Origin: Candidatus Multivorans thiocomprendens | Lineage (GTDB): Bacteria > Acidobacteriota > Thermoanaerobaculia > Multivoradales > Multivoraceae | NCBI GenBank assembly: GCA_027493375.1 | Contig: JAPVWO010000247.1 | Span: 1-62,899 of the forward strand | Reading direction: 5' to 3' | Length of the DNA stretch: 62,899 nt | Shown: positions 48,141 through 57,372 of the stretch, one piece after another | Layout: each line of letters opens with the position of its first letter | Numbering within the stretch: the stretch's first letter is position 1 | Made by a program: the position numbers and the translations under genes | Notes under the pieces: generated by a model | What the model saw: the letters and a program-made list of their open reading frames with translations, nothing else | Told to the model about the DNA's origin: nothing | Database searches by the model: none

Positions 48141-49082
48141 TCAGACGAAGAGCGATGTCACGGAGCTGTTGTCGTGGATTCTTCGGATGGCTTCCCCGAG
48201 CAGGGCGGCGACGCTGTGGGGACGCAGTCTGGTGCTCCGGACCAGCTTCTCTTCGAGCGGCGTGGTGTTCGTCACCAGAACGCCCTCAAGCTTCGACTTC
48301 TCGATCCTCTCGATCGCCGAGGCGGAGAGTACACCGTGGATGCCGGCGGCGAAGATTCTCCGGGCGCCCTGCGCCGCCAGGGATTCGACGGAGTTGATCA
48401 GCGTACCGGCGGTATCGATGATGTCGTCGAGAATCAGCACGTCGCGGCCCTCGACATCGCCGATCACGTTCATCACCTCCGCCTGGTTCGCGGCCACCCG
48501 GCGCTTGTCGATGATCGCGAGTTCGGTGTGCAGCCGCTTGGCGATCGCCCGCGCCCGCGCCACCCCGCCGGCGTCCGGGGCAACGATCATCAGGTCCTCG
48601 ATGCCGAGCGCGCGGATGGCGTCCAGAAGCACCGGCGCCGCGAACAGGTGATCCACCGGGATGTCGAAGTAGCCGGAGATCTGCTGCGCATGGACGTCCA
48701 TCGTCAGCAGGCGGTCGGCCCCGGCGGCCGTCATCACGTCGGCCACGAGCTTCGCCGTGATCGGCACGCGGGGCTTGTCCTTCTTGTCCTGACGGGCGTA
48801 GCCGTAGTAGGGCAACACCGCCGTCACCCGCGCCGCCGAAGCCCGCTTCACCGCGTCGAGCATGATCAACAGCTCGACGAAGTTGTCGTTGACCGGCGGA
48901 CAGGTCGGCTGCACGATGAAGACGTCGGCGCCACGCACGTTCTCCTGGATCTGGCAGAAGATCTCGCCGTCCGCGAAGTTGTAGGCCGTGACCTGACCCG
49001 GCACCATGCCGAGGTAGTTGCAGATCTCGTTGGTCAGCGCGGGATGCGCCCGCCCGCCGAAGACCTTGAGCTCGGTGTACAT
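48141..49082 (-). CDS. prs: Ribose-phosphate pyrophosphokinase
   Basis: FADGE, PYYGYARQD, APDAGG, DDIIDTAGT; ATG 49082. Confidence 0.98.
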   Translation of the reverse strand: MYTELKVFGGRAHPALTNEICNYLGMVPGQVTAYNFADGEIFCQIQENVRGADVFIVQPTCPPVNDNFVELLIMLDAVKRASAARVTAVLPYYGYARQDKKDKPRVPITAKLVADVMTAAGADRLLTMDVHAQQISGYFDIPVDHLFAAPVLLDAIRALGIEDLMIVAPDAGGVARARAIAKRLHTELAIIDKRRVAANQAEVMNVIGDVEGRDVLILDDIIDTAGTLINSVESLAAQGARRIFAAGIHGVLSASAIERIEKSKLEGVLVTNTTPLEEKLVRSTRLRPHSVAALLGEAIRRIHDNSSVTSLFV

Positions 49083-49272
49083 GGCGCGTTCGACGTTGTT
49101 GGGGTGGAGGGTCACTTGAGCGACCCGCCAGCGATCGTTTCCGGGAAGTCCGGACGCCGGTGCGTACCGGGACCGTCCGCGTGCACGGAAACTCTCGACA
49201 CGGGCGACCTCGGAATCTGGTTCGAATGGAGGGGAGTTGGCTGCTGCACGTGGTCGTCGGGGGCCGGAGGCG

Positions 49273-49347
49273 TGGTTGGGGCGGGAGGATTCGAACCCCC
49301 GAATGCGAGATCCAAAGTCTCGTGCCTTACCACTTGGCGACGCCCCA
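49273..49347 (-). tRNA. tRNA-Gln(TTG)
   Basis: TGGGGCGTCGCCAAGTGGTAAGGC, anticodon arm CGAGA-CTTTGGA-TCTCG, GGTTCGAATCC, ends ACCA. Confidence 0.97.
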
Positions 49348-49379
49348 GACGGGACGGCCCATCTTACAGAAAGCGACGA

Positions 49380-50282
49380 CTACATGAAGAGCCCGCGAAC
49401 TTCCCGAGGCAGCGTTCGCGTCCGGAACACACGCACGCCCGTTCCGGCCAGCGCGGCCTGGATGCCGGGTGCCTCGCCGACCGCGAACACGGCGCCGCCG
49501 CTGCCCGAGACCTGGGGACCGCCGCCACCGCCCGTGCTCCCGGCCCGCCCGAGCGCGCGGAGGAGGCGATCCACCTCGGGGTGGAGCCGGCGAACCACCG
49601 GTTCCAGGTCGTTGCCGAGCACCCAGGCGGCGGCATCGCCACGGCGCGAGGGAGGAGGCAAGAGGGCTGACAGTGCCTCCCCTCCCCCGCTCTCTGCCGC
49701 CATCGCAACCTTCCAACCGCCGTAGACCTCGGCGGTCGGCACCTCGACCGCCGGCACGACGACCGACACAGTCGCCGAGGGCATGTCGTCCAGCGATTCG
49801 ACCTGCTCACCGCGGCCGGTCGCGAACGCCGTCCCCCCCTCCAGAAAGAACGGGACATCCGAGCCGACCGCCGCTCCGACACCATGCAACTGCCGGGCGT
49901 CGAGAGGTTGTCCCCAGAGCGACTGGAGGCCGAGCAGCGCCGCCGCCGCGTCGCTGCTGCCCCCGCCCAGGCCGCTACCGGCGGGAATCCGCTTCTCGAG
50001 TCTGAAGCGGACGCCGCGTGCGGGCTCGCCGAGGACGCCGAAGAAAGCGCGCGCCGCCTTGAGCACCAGGTTCGAGTCGTCGGCCGGCGCGCCTCCGCCC
50101 GGGACCTCGATCCGCGGTGGACTCGCCGGGTCGACGCGGTGAATGACCAGGCGGTCGCAGAGGTCGATCGTCTGCAGTACGGTCGAGATCTCGTGGAAAC
50201 CGTCAGGACGCTTGCCGTGAACGCGAAGGCTCAGGTTCACCTTGGCCGGGCACGCCAGGCTGAGTTCGGCGGGCTCAGGCAT
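49380..50282 (-). CDS. ispE: 4-diphosphocytidyl-2-C-methyl-D-erythritol kinase
   Basis: PAKVNL, DGFHE, KRIPAGSGLGGGSSDAA, GSDVPFF, SGSG. Confidence 0.96.
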   Translation of the reverse strand: MPEPAELSLACPAKVNLSLRVHGKRPDGFHEISTVLQTIDLCDRLVIHRVDPASPPRIEVPGGGAPADDSNLVLKAARAFFGVLGEPARGVRFRLEKRIPAGSGLGGGSSDAAAALLGLQSLWGQPLDARQLHGVGAAVGSDVPFFLEGGTAFATGRGEQVESLDDMPSATVSVVVPAVEVPTAEVYGGWKVAMAAESGGGEALSALLPPPSRRGDAAAWVLGNDLEPVVRRLHPEVDRLLRALGRAGSTGGGGGPQVSGSGGAVFAVGEAPGIQAALAGTGVRVFRTRTLPREVRGLFM

Positions 50283-51042
50283 CCGCGCCGCAGATGCCGG
50301 GCCGGTATCCGGCGGGGATTTCGGGAGCTGGCAGCGGTCCCGCGAGTTCCGTTGCGGCCCGGCGCTGGCGCCAGCGAAGTTCGAGACCCGTGTCGGATTC
50401 CACCAGCCGCGCCACTTCTTCCACCCCTTCCACGCCTCCGTCCCAGGTGGCCCTGGAGCGATCGCCGCGCCACAGCGTCCAGCGACTCGGGCCTGCCGCG
50501 GTCGCTTCGGCGGTCCAGCGCCTGCCGCGGCGGTCCTCGAAGTCGATCCTGACGTTTCGGTCCGGCCGACCGCTGACCGCGGTCTCCTCCCATACGCCGG
50601 GATCGGCCGGCGGCGCCGGCAACCGCCGCATCAACAGGGCGGCGACGGCGCGGGCAGGCACCGGACCCAGCGAGAGGGCCGGGATCTCGAGATCGCCCGC
50701 GTACCGGCAGAACGTGCGCTCGCGCACCCACAGCACGAGAGCGTCTCCTCCCCTTACGTTGAGGTCCCACCATCGTCGTCCCAGGCGGTCGGAGGCCGAG
50801 ACGTGAAAGCGCTCCGGGTCCTTGAACCGCAGTACGAGACGGAGCGTGCCGTTCCCTTCCGATCCGTCGTAGTGCATGCGGACGATGCGCTGCGTCCGCC
50901 ATTCCGTCTCGGGAATCTCCCACGGCGCGGTGGCCGGAACCGGACGGCCAGCGGCAATCGCCGCTTCCCGGCCGGGCCCGGTGCTGGCGCAGCCGCCGAG
51001 CCACGCCAGGCTGAACAGAAGCAGCGGGAACGACCGCCGCAT
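50275..51042 (-). CDS. Lipoprotein of unknown function (candidate LolB-like)
   Basis: MRRSFPLLLFSLAWLGG-C lipobox; beta-rich; sits between a TPR gene and ispE. Confidence 0.7.
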   Translation of the reverse strand: MRRSFPLLLFSLAWLGGCASTGPGREAAIAAGRPVPATAPWEIPETEWRTQRIVRMHYDGSEGNGTLRLVLRFKDPERFHVSASDRLGRRWWDLNVRGGDALVLWVRERTFCRYAGDLEIPALSLGPVPARAVAALLMRRLPAPPADPGVWEETAVSGRPDRNVRIDFEDRRGRRWTAEATAAGPSRWTLWRGDRSRATWDGGVEGVEEVARLVESDTGLELRWRQRRAATELAGPLPAPEIPAGYRPGICGADA

Positions 51043-51061
51043 GAAGATCGGCCCCGGCCGG

Positions 51062-53143
51062 TCAGCGCCGGGCGAGTTCACTCAGCTTGCGGCGCACCGA
51101 CTCGACGTTCTCCTCGTCGTTGATCGCCAGCGCCTGCTCGTAGGCCTCCCGGGCTCGCTGCGAATCGCCCAGCGCGACGTAGACGTCCCCGAGATGCTCA
51201 AGGATCGTGGAGTCGAGCGGAACGAGCTGGTTCGCCCGTTCCAGGTGACGCCGTGCCTGCTCGAACTCACCGAGCCGGAACAGGGCCCAGCCCAGAGAGT
51301 CGACGAAGGCGCCGTTGTTCGGGTCGAGATCGACGGCGCGTCGAATGAGCTCCAGCGCCTGCTCCAGGTTCTCGCCGTTGTCCGCCCACATGTACCCGAG
51401 GTAGTTCAGGGCAAGGCTGTTCTCGGGCTCGAGTTCAAGGACCGCCCGAAACTGATCCGCCGCCTCGTCGTAGCGCCGGCTGCGCTCGTAGGCCTCTCCT
51501 AGCTGGAACCGGAGGGCCACTCGAAGTTCGTCGTCCCCGATGTCAAGTCCCGTTTCAGCACCGCTATCGACTCCGGACAGCGCCCGCTGGAGAAACGGAA
51601 CGGCTTCGGCGAAGCGCCCCTGTTCCCGACAGAAACCGGCGACCAGCATGAGACGCCGGACATCTCCGTTCGAGGTCAGATCCTCATAGACCCTCGCGGC
51701 GAGCTTGTCCGCACCCAGGTTGAAGTAGAGCCGCGCCTTCTTCTGGAGCGCCGGGAACGCCGGTTCGCCCTCGTCGCCCGCCACAAGAAGCCGCTGGTTG
51801 GCGACGATGCCCCGGCGCAACATCGCCATGGCCTTGCGCTTCCTGCCCGCCTCCGCCAGCAGCTCGGCCTGACTCAGCACGAGTTCGGCCGACTCTCCGG
51901 CTCTCTTCTCCTCGGCTTCCAGCACCTCCATGGCGCTCTCCAGCTCTCCCAACTGGCGCAAGCCCTCGACCACGAGGCTGAGACCGAGATCTCCCGCCTG
52001 CTCGCCCTCGGCGGTGTTCCGGTCGGCGCGGTCGACCATCCTCTGGCCGATGTCCCTGATCCGGCGCCATTCACCCTCCCGCATCAGCAGGCGAACCAGC
52101 TCCCGCACGATTCGCGGATCGTCCCGCGACTCCCGTCTGAGGTCTTCGAGCAGCTCGATCGCCTCCGGCGTCCGCTCCGATTCGGCCAGGATCGTCGCCT
52201 CCAGGAGGCGGGCGCGAGGGTTCGCCCGGGCCGCGCGAGGCAGCGCACGCAGACGGCCAAGCGCCTCGGCGAGATCGTCCGCCCGCTGCTGGGGGGTCCG
52301 TCCGCGGGCGACCCCGCGGCGAAAGTACGCCTCGGCCAGGGCGGCGCGCACCGGGATACTCTCCGGCTGCTCGGCGACGGCGCCCTCGAGCAGTTCGATC
52401 GCTTCACTGTGGTTGCCACGCTGGCTCTCCCGCTGAGCCAGTTCCATCCTGGCCTCGACGGAGAGACCGTCGAGTCGGAGCATCTCGTTCTGGACTTCCT
52501 CGGCCCGGTCGTCCTGGCCCGCGCGCCGGAACGCATCGACCAGCATGCCCTGGAGCTGCCGGTGTCCGTTGTGGTAGCTCACGAGTTCCTCGAGCACCGA
52601 AGCGGCCTCGCCGTACTCCTCCAGGCTCTCTCGAATCCGGTAGAGGAGCATCATGCCGTCGATGTCGTTCGGGGCGAGGCCACGGAGACGCTCCAGCGCC
52701 TCGATCGCCTGATCGAGTGCCTCGCCGTACCGGCCGCCATTGCCTCTGGGCAGGCTGACGAGAGCTCCCGCGTGGGCACGGAGTACATCCACGTCGTCCG
52801 GAGCGAGACGGTAGGCGACCCGCGTGTGGTCCGCCGCCTCGTCGAAACGACGCAGCTTCCGGGCCAGGAATTCCGCCAGACCGATCCGGAGGAAGGGAGC
52901 ATCCGGATCCGCGGCCACGGCCCGTTCGAAGAGATCGAGCGCCTCCTCCTCCCGTTCCGGTTCGGCAGCCAGCAGCCGCGCCGCCGTGAACAGGAAGGGG
53001 CCGCTCTCCGCAGGGGCTACCGCGGCTTCCTGCGCCCTGGTCGATTGCGCTCCGAGGCAAAGCAGGGCGATCGCGGCCGCCGGCGCGACGCGGCTCAACG
53101 CACGGACGGAAAGGGACCGGGAACCTGCTTCCTCACGGTACAT
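51062..53143 (-). CDS. Exported tetratricopeptide repeat protein
   Basis: Signal peptide; many TPRs, C-terminal ALNYLGYMWAD...AFVDSLGWALF...HLGDVY. Confidence 0.9.
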   Translation of the reverse strand: MYREEAGSRSLSVRALSRVAPAAAIALLCLGAQSTRAQEAAVAPAESGPFLFTAARLLAAEPEREEEALDLFERAVAADPDAPFLRIGLAEFLARKLRRFDEAADHTRVAYRLAPDDVDVLRAHAGALVSLPRGNGGRYGEALDQAIEALERLRGLAPNDIDGMMLLYRIRESLEEYGEAASVLEELVSYHNGHRQLQGMLVDAFRRAGQDDRAEEVQNEMLRLDGLSVEARMELAQRESQRGNHSEAIELLEGAVAEQPESIPVRAALAEAYFRRGVARGRTPQQRADDLAEALGRLRALPRAARANPRARLLEATILAESERTPEAIELLEDLRRESRDDPRIVRELVRLLMREGEWRRIRDIGQRMVDRADRNTAEGEQAGDLGLSLVVEGLRQLGELESAMEVLEAEEKRAGESAELVLSQAELLAEAGRKRKAMAMLRRGIVANQRLLVAGDEGEPAFPALQKKARLYFNLGADKLAARVYEDLTSNGDVRRLMLVAGFCREQGRFAEAVPFLQRALSGVDSGAETGLDIGDDELRVALRFQLGEAYERSRRYDEAADQFRAVLELEPENSLALNYLGYMWADNGENLEQALELIRRAVDLDPNNGAFVDSLGWALFRLGEFEQARRHLERANQLVPLDSTILEHLGDVYVALGDSQRAREAYEQALAINDEENVESVRRKLSELARR

Positions 53144-53194
53144 GGGACGGGCAAGGGTAGCACTCTCCCGTGACCGTTTCCGCCGCCTCGGCCC

Positions 53195-53223
53195 TTTACC
53201 GGGACCGCCGCCCGGGTTAGACT
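53195..53223 (+). promoter_or_regulatory. Sigma70-type promoter candidate for the HU gene
   Basis: TTTACC, 17 bp spacer, TAGACT. Confidence 0.5.
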
Positions 53224-53287
53224 CGGGAGTCCACGTCGAGTCGTGGCCCGTCGTGACGGCGGGCCGATTCAGGGAGGAGGCGTCGAG

Positions 53288-53554
53288 ATGATCAAGGCGG
53301 ACATCGTCAACCGTGTCGCGGAGAATTCCGATCTTCCCCGGGTCAAGGCGGCCCGCGCGGTCGACACGATCCTCGGCGCGATGAAGGACGCTCTCGGCGA
53401 CGGCAGGCGGATCGAGTTGCGCGGTTTCGGCGTCTTCCAGGTGCGCGATCGCAAGCGCGGCGTGGGCCGCAATCCGAAGACCGGCGTCGAGGTGACGATC
53501 TCCCCCGGCAAGACGGTTCGCTTCAAGCCCGGCAAGGAACTGAAGAACCTCTAG
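53288..53554 (+). CDS. HU/IHF family DNA-binding protein
   Basis: MIKADI, IELRGFGVF, GRNPKTG, FKPGKEL; SD GGAGGAGG. Confidence 0.95.
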   Translation: MIKADIVNRVAENSDLPRVKAARAVDTILGAMKDALGDGRRIELRGFGVFQVRDRKRGVGRNPKTGVEVTISPGKTVRFKPGKELKNL

Positions 53555-53992
53555 CTAGAAGTCCAGCACGAAGGTAACCGGTCCGTCGTTGACCAGGTCC
53601 ACGCGCATCCGGGCTCCGAATCGGCCGCACTCCACCGGCACGCCGGCTGCCTCCAGCCGGAGGCGCAGTGCCTCGAGCAGCGGCTCCGCCATCTCCGGCA
53701 ACGCCGCCCGGTCGAAGGACGGCCGCCTCCCCTTGCGCGTCGACGCGGCCAGGGTGAACTGGGACACGAGGAGAACCGCTCCGCCCGACTTGCGCACGTC
53801 GAGGTTCATCCGCCCCCGCTCGTCGTCGAAGAACCGGAGCCTGACGAGTCGAGCCGCGGCCGCCTCCACCTGATCCTGTCCGTCGCCGACCTCCACGCCG
53901 GCGAGGACCGCCATGCCGGCGCCTATCCTCCCCACGGTCCGGCCCTCGACCGAGACCTCGGCTCGCGCCACTCGCTGAACGACCAGCCGCAT
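53555..53992 (-). CDS. dtd: D-aminoacyl-tRNA deacylase
   Basis: [26 protein letters not shown]. Confidence 0.97.
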   Translation of the reverse strand: MRLVVQRVARAEVSVEGRTVGRIGAGMAVLAGVEVGDGQDQVEAAAARLVRLRFFDDERGRMNLDVRKSGGAVLLVSQFTLAASTRKGRRPSFDRAALPEMAEPLLEALRLRLEAAGVPVECGRFGARMRVDLVNDGPVTFVLDF

Positions 53993-54163
53993 GCCCGCAC
54001 GATAGCTCCGAACGCCTGGCGGGGTTACGATCGAGGACCAGGGTCAGGGAGGGTCCGGCCGTCGGGACACGGCTTCCGGGCTTCGCCGCGGCCCGTGAGC
54101 ACGAGTTTCCCTGGCGGCCGGCGTCAGGTCGCCGCCTCAAGTCATTCTGAAAGGAAGAAGTAC

Positions 54164-54604
54164 ATGCTGAACAAGGTGATTCTCATCGGGAACCTGGGAC
54201 GAGATCCGGAGATCCGCACTACCCAGTCCGGCCAGACGGTCGCGAACTTCAGCGTCGCCACCACCCGGCGCTGGCGGGACCGCGACGGCAACCGCCAGGA
54301 AGAGACGGAGTGGCACTACATCGTCTGCTGGGGCCGTCAGGCCGAAGTCGCCGGGCAGTACCTGACCAGGGGCCGCCTGGTCTCGGTCGAGGGGCGGTTG
54401 CAGACCCGTTCCTGGGATGACCAGCAGAGCGGCCAGAAGCGCTATCGCACGGAGATCATCTGCGACAACTTCCAGATGCTCGGCGGCCGTGCCGACAGTT
54501 CCGGACAGGGCTACGGCTCGCGCAGCCGGCCCGATGCCGGCCAGCAGGCGCCCCAGGACCAGGGCTTCGACGCCGGAGAACAGGACGACGACATCCCGTT
54601 CTAG
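54164..54604 (+). CDS. ssb: Single-stranded DNA-binding protein
   Basis: [35 protein letters not shown] tail. Confidence 0.98.
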   Translation: MLNKVILIGNLGRDPEIRTTQSGQTVANFSVATTRRWRDRDGNRQEETEWHYIVCWGRQAEVAGQYLTRGRLVSVEGRLQTRSWDDQQSGQKRYRTEIICDNFQMLGGRADSSGQGYGSRSRPDAGQQAPQDQGFDAGEQDDDIPF

Positions 54605-54624
54605 GAACTCCAAAGCGGAGCCGG

Positions 54625-57345
54625 CTAGCGCTTCGTTCCAAGCCGGCTCTGAAGAGTCTGGAGGAGGTTCAGAGCGGCCACCGGCGTCAACTGGTCCACG
54701 TCGACCGCCTTCAGCGCCTCGATCACGGCCTCGTCTTCGCCGCCCCATAGTGCGAGCTGGTCCGCGCCGGGACTCGGCGGCGCTCCGGAAGCGCCGTCGA
54801 CGACCCGGGGCCTGCCCGAGAAACCGTACTGCTGGGACTCGAGGTTCGAGAGCACCGCGGCGGCGCGTTCGACGACCTCCCGAGGTACACCTGCCAGACG
54901 CGCCACGTGCAAACCGTAGGACTTGTCCGCGCGGCCGCCCGCCACCCGGTGCAGGAACAGGATCTGGTCCTGCCACTCCTTCACCGCCATTCGCGAGTTC
55001 CTGACCCGCGAGAGCGTCGCCGGCAGCCCGGTGAGCTCGTGGTAGTGGGTGGCGAAGAGCGCCAGCGAGCCGTTGTGCTCGTGCAGGCGTTCGATGATGG
55101 CCCAGGCCAGGGAGAGACCGTCGTAGGTCGATGTGCCCCGACCGACCTCGTCCAGGACGACCAGGCTGTCGGGCGTCGCGTGACGCAGGATGTTCGCGGT
55201 CTCGACCATCTCGACCATGAACGTCGATTCGCCGCGCGCGAGGTCGTCGCTGGCGCCGACGCGGGTGAAGATGCGGTCGACCAGACCGATCTCGGCACTC
55301 TCCGCGGGAACGAAGCACCCCGCGTGGGCCATCAGCACGATCAGCGCGGTCTGCCGCAGGTAGGTCGACTTGCCGCCCATGTTGGGGCCGGTCAGCAGGA
55401 TGATCTGCTCTCGGTCCCGATCGAGGCACACGTCGTTCGGCACGAAACCGGAAGCACCGCGGATGGCCACCGTGGATCGTTCGACCACGGGATGGCGTCC
55501 CTCGCGGATTTCGATCCTGCCGGGCGCAGCCAGCATCCGCGGTCGGACGTAGTCGTAGCGTCCGGCGGCTTCCGCCAGCGCGGCCAGGCAATCGAGGGCG
55601 GCCAGCGCCGCCGCCAGGGCGAGCATCCGCGGAGCTTCCCGGGCGGCCTCGGCGCGGAGCGACTCGAAGATCTCCTGCTCCAGCGCGAGCTGGCCGCTTT
55701 CGGCGCCCAGGATCTGCTGTTCCAGCGCTTTCAGATCCTCCGTGACGTAGCGTTCGGCGTTGGTCAGGGTCTGCCGGCGCACGTAGTGCTCGGGAACCCG
55801 CTCCTGCTGGGTCTTGCGGACCTCCAGGTAGTAGCCGAAGACCCGGTTGTAGCCGACCTTCAGCGAGGGGATCCCGGTCGCCTCCCGCTCCCCGGCCTCG
55901 AGGGCCGCCATGTGCCCCTTGCCGTCTCGTGCCAGCGACCGGAGCCGGTCGAGTTCGGCGTCGACGCCGGCCGCGATCACGCCGCCGTCGTTCAGCGAGC
56001 CGGGCGCCTCCGCAAGCGTCGCGTCAAACCTCGCTCGCAGCTCGGGCAGCGCGTCCGTCGTTGCCATGCGCGCGAGGAGGTCGGCATCGAGCCCGGCCAC
56101 GGCCGCCAGTGTGGAAGGAGCGTCGCGCAGCGTGTCGCGCAGGGACGCCGCCTCGCGCGGACTGATCCGGCCCAGGACCAGCCTCGACGTCAGCCGCTCC
56201 AGGTCGGCCATGCCCTGGAACCGCGAGCGGAGCGACTCCCGCAGCGAGATCTTCCGGAGCAGCACGTCGACCGCGTCGTGGCGCTCCTCCAGGGCGCCCG
56301 CCTCCCGAAGCGGCCGGCTCAGCCAGCGCCGCAGGGCGCGGGCGCCGGGCCCCGTGTGCGTGAGGTCGAGTACGTCGACAAGAGTCCGTCCGCCCTGGTG
56401 CTGGAGATGCCGAAAGACCTCCAGGTTTCGCAGCGTCGTGTCATCCATGACCACGCAACGGTCGTCGTGCTGAACCTCGAGACCCGTTACGTGATCGATC
56501 TCCGATCTGGCGGCGCGGCGCGCGTAATCCAGCACGAGGGCGGCGGCGGTCACCGCGGCCTCGCCCTCCACCAGACCGAAGCCGCGCAGGTTGTCGACCT
56601 GGAACTGCCGGCGCAGGGTGCGCTCCGCGGAGGCCGAGCGCGGCGCCTCCGAACTGTCGACCGCCGTGTGCGGAACTCCGGCGCGGTCGATCCAGGCCGG
56701 AAGCTGACCGGCCGGATCGGCGCCTCCCCTGTCGAAGTCCGCACCGCACGTGAGAACTTCGCGCGGCGCGAGCCGTTCGAGATCGTCCACCGCGAATGCA
56801 GCGTCCGGCCACCGGCGCACGAAGAACTCGCCGGTCGAGACGTCGAGGAACGCACCGGCGCCCGCCCCGCCGTTGAAGCGGATTCCGGCGAGGTAGTTCG
56901 GCCGGTTCTGATCGAGCATCTCCAGGTCGCTGATCGTTCCCGGCGTCACGACCCGCGTGACCTCCCGGCGCACCAGCCCCCGGGCCTGCGCCGGATCCTC
57001 GACCTGGTCGCAGACCGCGACCTTGAAGCCCGCGTCGAGCAGTCTGGCCATGTAGGAGTCGACCGCATGGTGGGGCACCCCGCACATCGGCGCCTCGCTG
57101 GCGGTTCCCTTCTGCCGCGCGGTGAGGGCGACGTCGAGTACCGGAGCGGCGGTCGTGGCGTCCTCGAAGAACAGCTCGAAGAAGTCGCCCATCCGGTACA
57201 GCAGGATCGCGTCCGGGTAGTCGGCCTTGACCGTCAGGTAGTGCCGGAGCATCGGCGTGAGCGTGGCGATGTCGCGGGCCGGCCCGGCCGATCGAGCGGC
57301 GGATGTCCGTGAATCTCCCGCGTTCTCTGCAGCGCTCCCGTCCAC
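54625..57345 (-). CDS. mutS: DNA mismatch repair protein MutS
   Basis: TPML, MGDFFELF, GPNMGGKST, STFMVEM, DEVGRGTS, FATHY, SYGL. Confidence 0.98.
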   Translation of the reverse strand: MDGSAAENAGDSRTSAARSAGPARDIATLTPMLRHYLTVKADYPDAILLYRMGDFFELFFEDATTAAPVLDVALTARQKGTASEAPMCGVPHHAVDSYMARLLDAGFKVAVCDQVEDPAQARGLVRREVTRVVTPGTISDLEMLDQNRPNYLAGIRFNGGAGAGAFLDVSTGEFFVRRWPDAAFAVDDLERLAPREVLTCGADFDRGGADPAGQLPAWIDRAGVPHTAVDSSEAPRSASAERTLRRQFQVDNLRGFGLVEGEAAVTAAALVLDYARRAARSEIDHVTGLEVQHDDRCVVMDDTTLRNLEVFRHLQHQGGRTLVDVLDLTHTGPGARALRRWLSRPLREAGALEERHDAVDVLLRKISLRESLRSRFQGMADLERLTSRLVLGRISPREAASLRDTLRDAPSTLAAVAGLDADLLARMATTDALPELRARFDATLAEAPGSLNDGGVIAAGVDAELDRLRSLARDGKGHMAALEAGEREATGIPSLKVGYNRVFGYYLEVRKTQQERVPEHYVRRQTLTNAERYVTEDLKALEQQILGAESGQLALEQEIFESLRAEAAREAPRMLALAAALAALDCLAALAEAAGRYDYVRPRMLAAPGRIEIREGRHPVVERSTVAIRGASGFVPNDVCLDRDREQIILLTGPNMGGKSTYLRQTALIVLMAHAGCFVPAESAEIGLVDRIFTRVGASDDLARGESTFMVEMVETANILRHATPDSLVVLDEVGRGTSTYDGLSLAWAIIERLHEHNGSLALFATHYHELTGLPATLSRVRNSRMAVKEWQDQILFLHRVAGGRADKSYGLHVARLAGVPREVVERAAAVLSNLESQQYGFSGRPRVVDGASGAPPSPGADQLALWGGEDEAVIEALKAVDVDQLTPVAALNLLQTLQSRLGTKR

Positions 57346-57356
57346 GGACGGCCGTC

Positions 57357-57364
57357 AGTATAGT
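57357..57364. promoter_or_regulatory. Overlapping bidirectional -10 elements between mutS and tsaB
   Basis: AGTATAGT reads TATAGT on + and TATACT on -, within a 27-bp divergent gap. Confidence 0.55.
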
Positions 57365-57372
57365 GAGCGGCC

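Noticed and set aside
49083-49272. ykkC-type PRPP/ppGpp riboswitch before prs
   Set aside because: I could not find the characteristic ykkC conserved segments; kept only as a generic structured-leader candidate.
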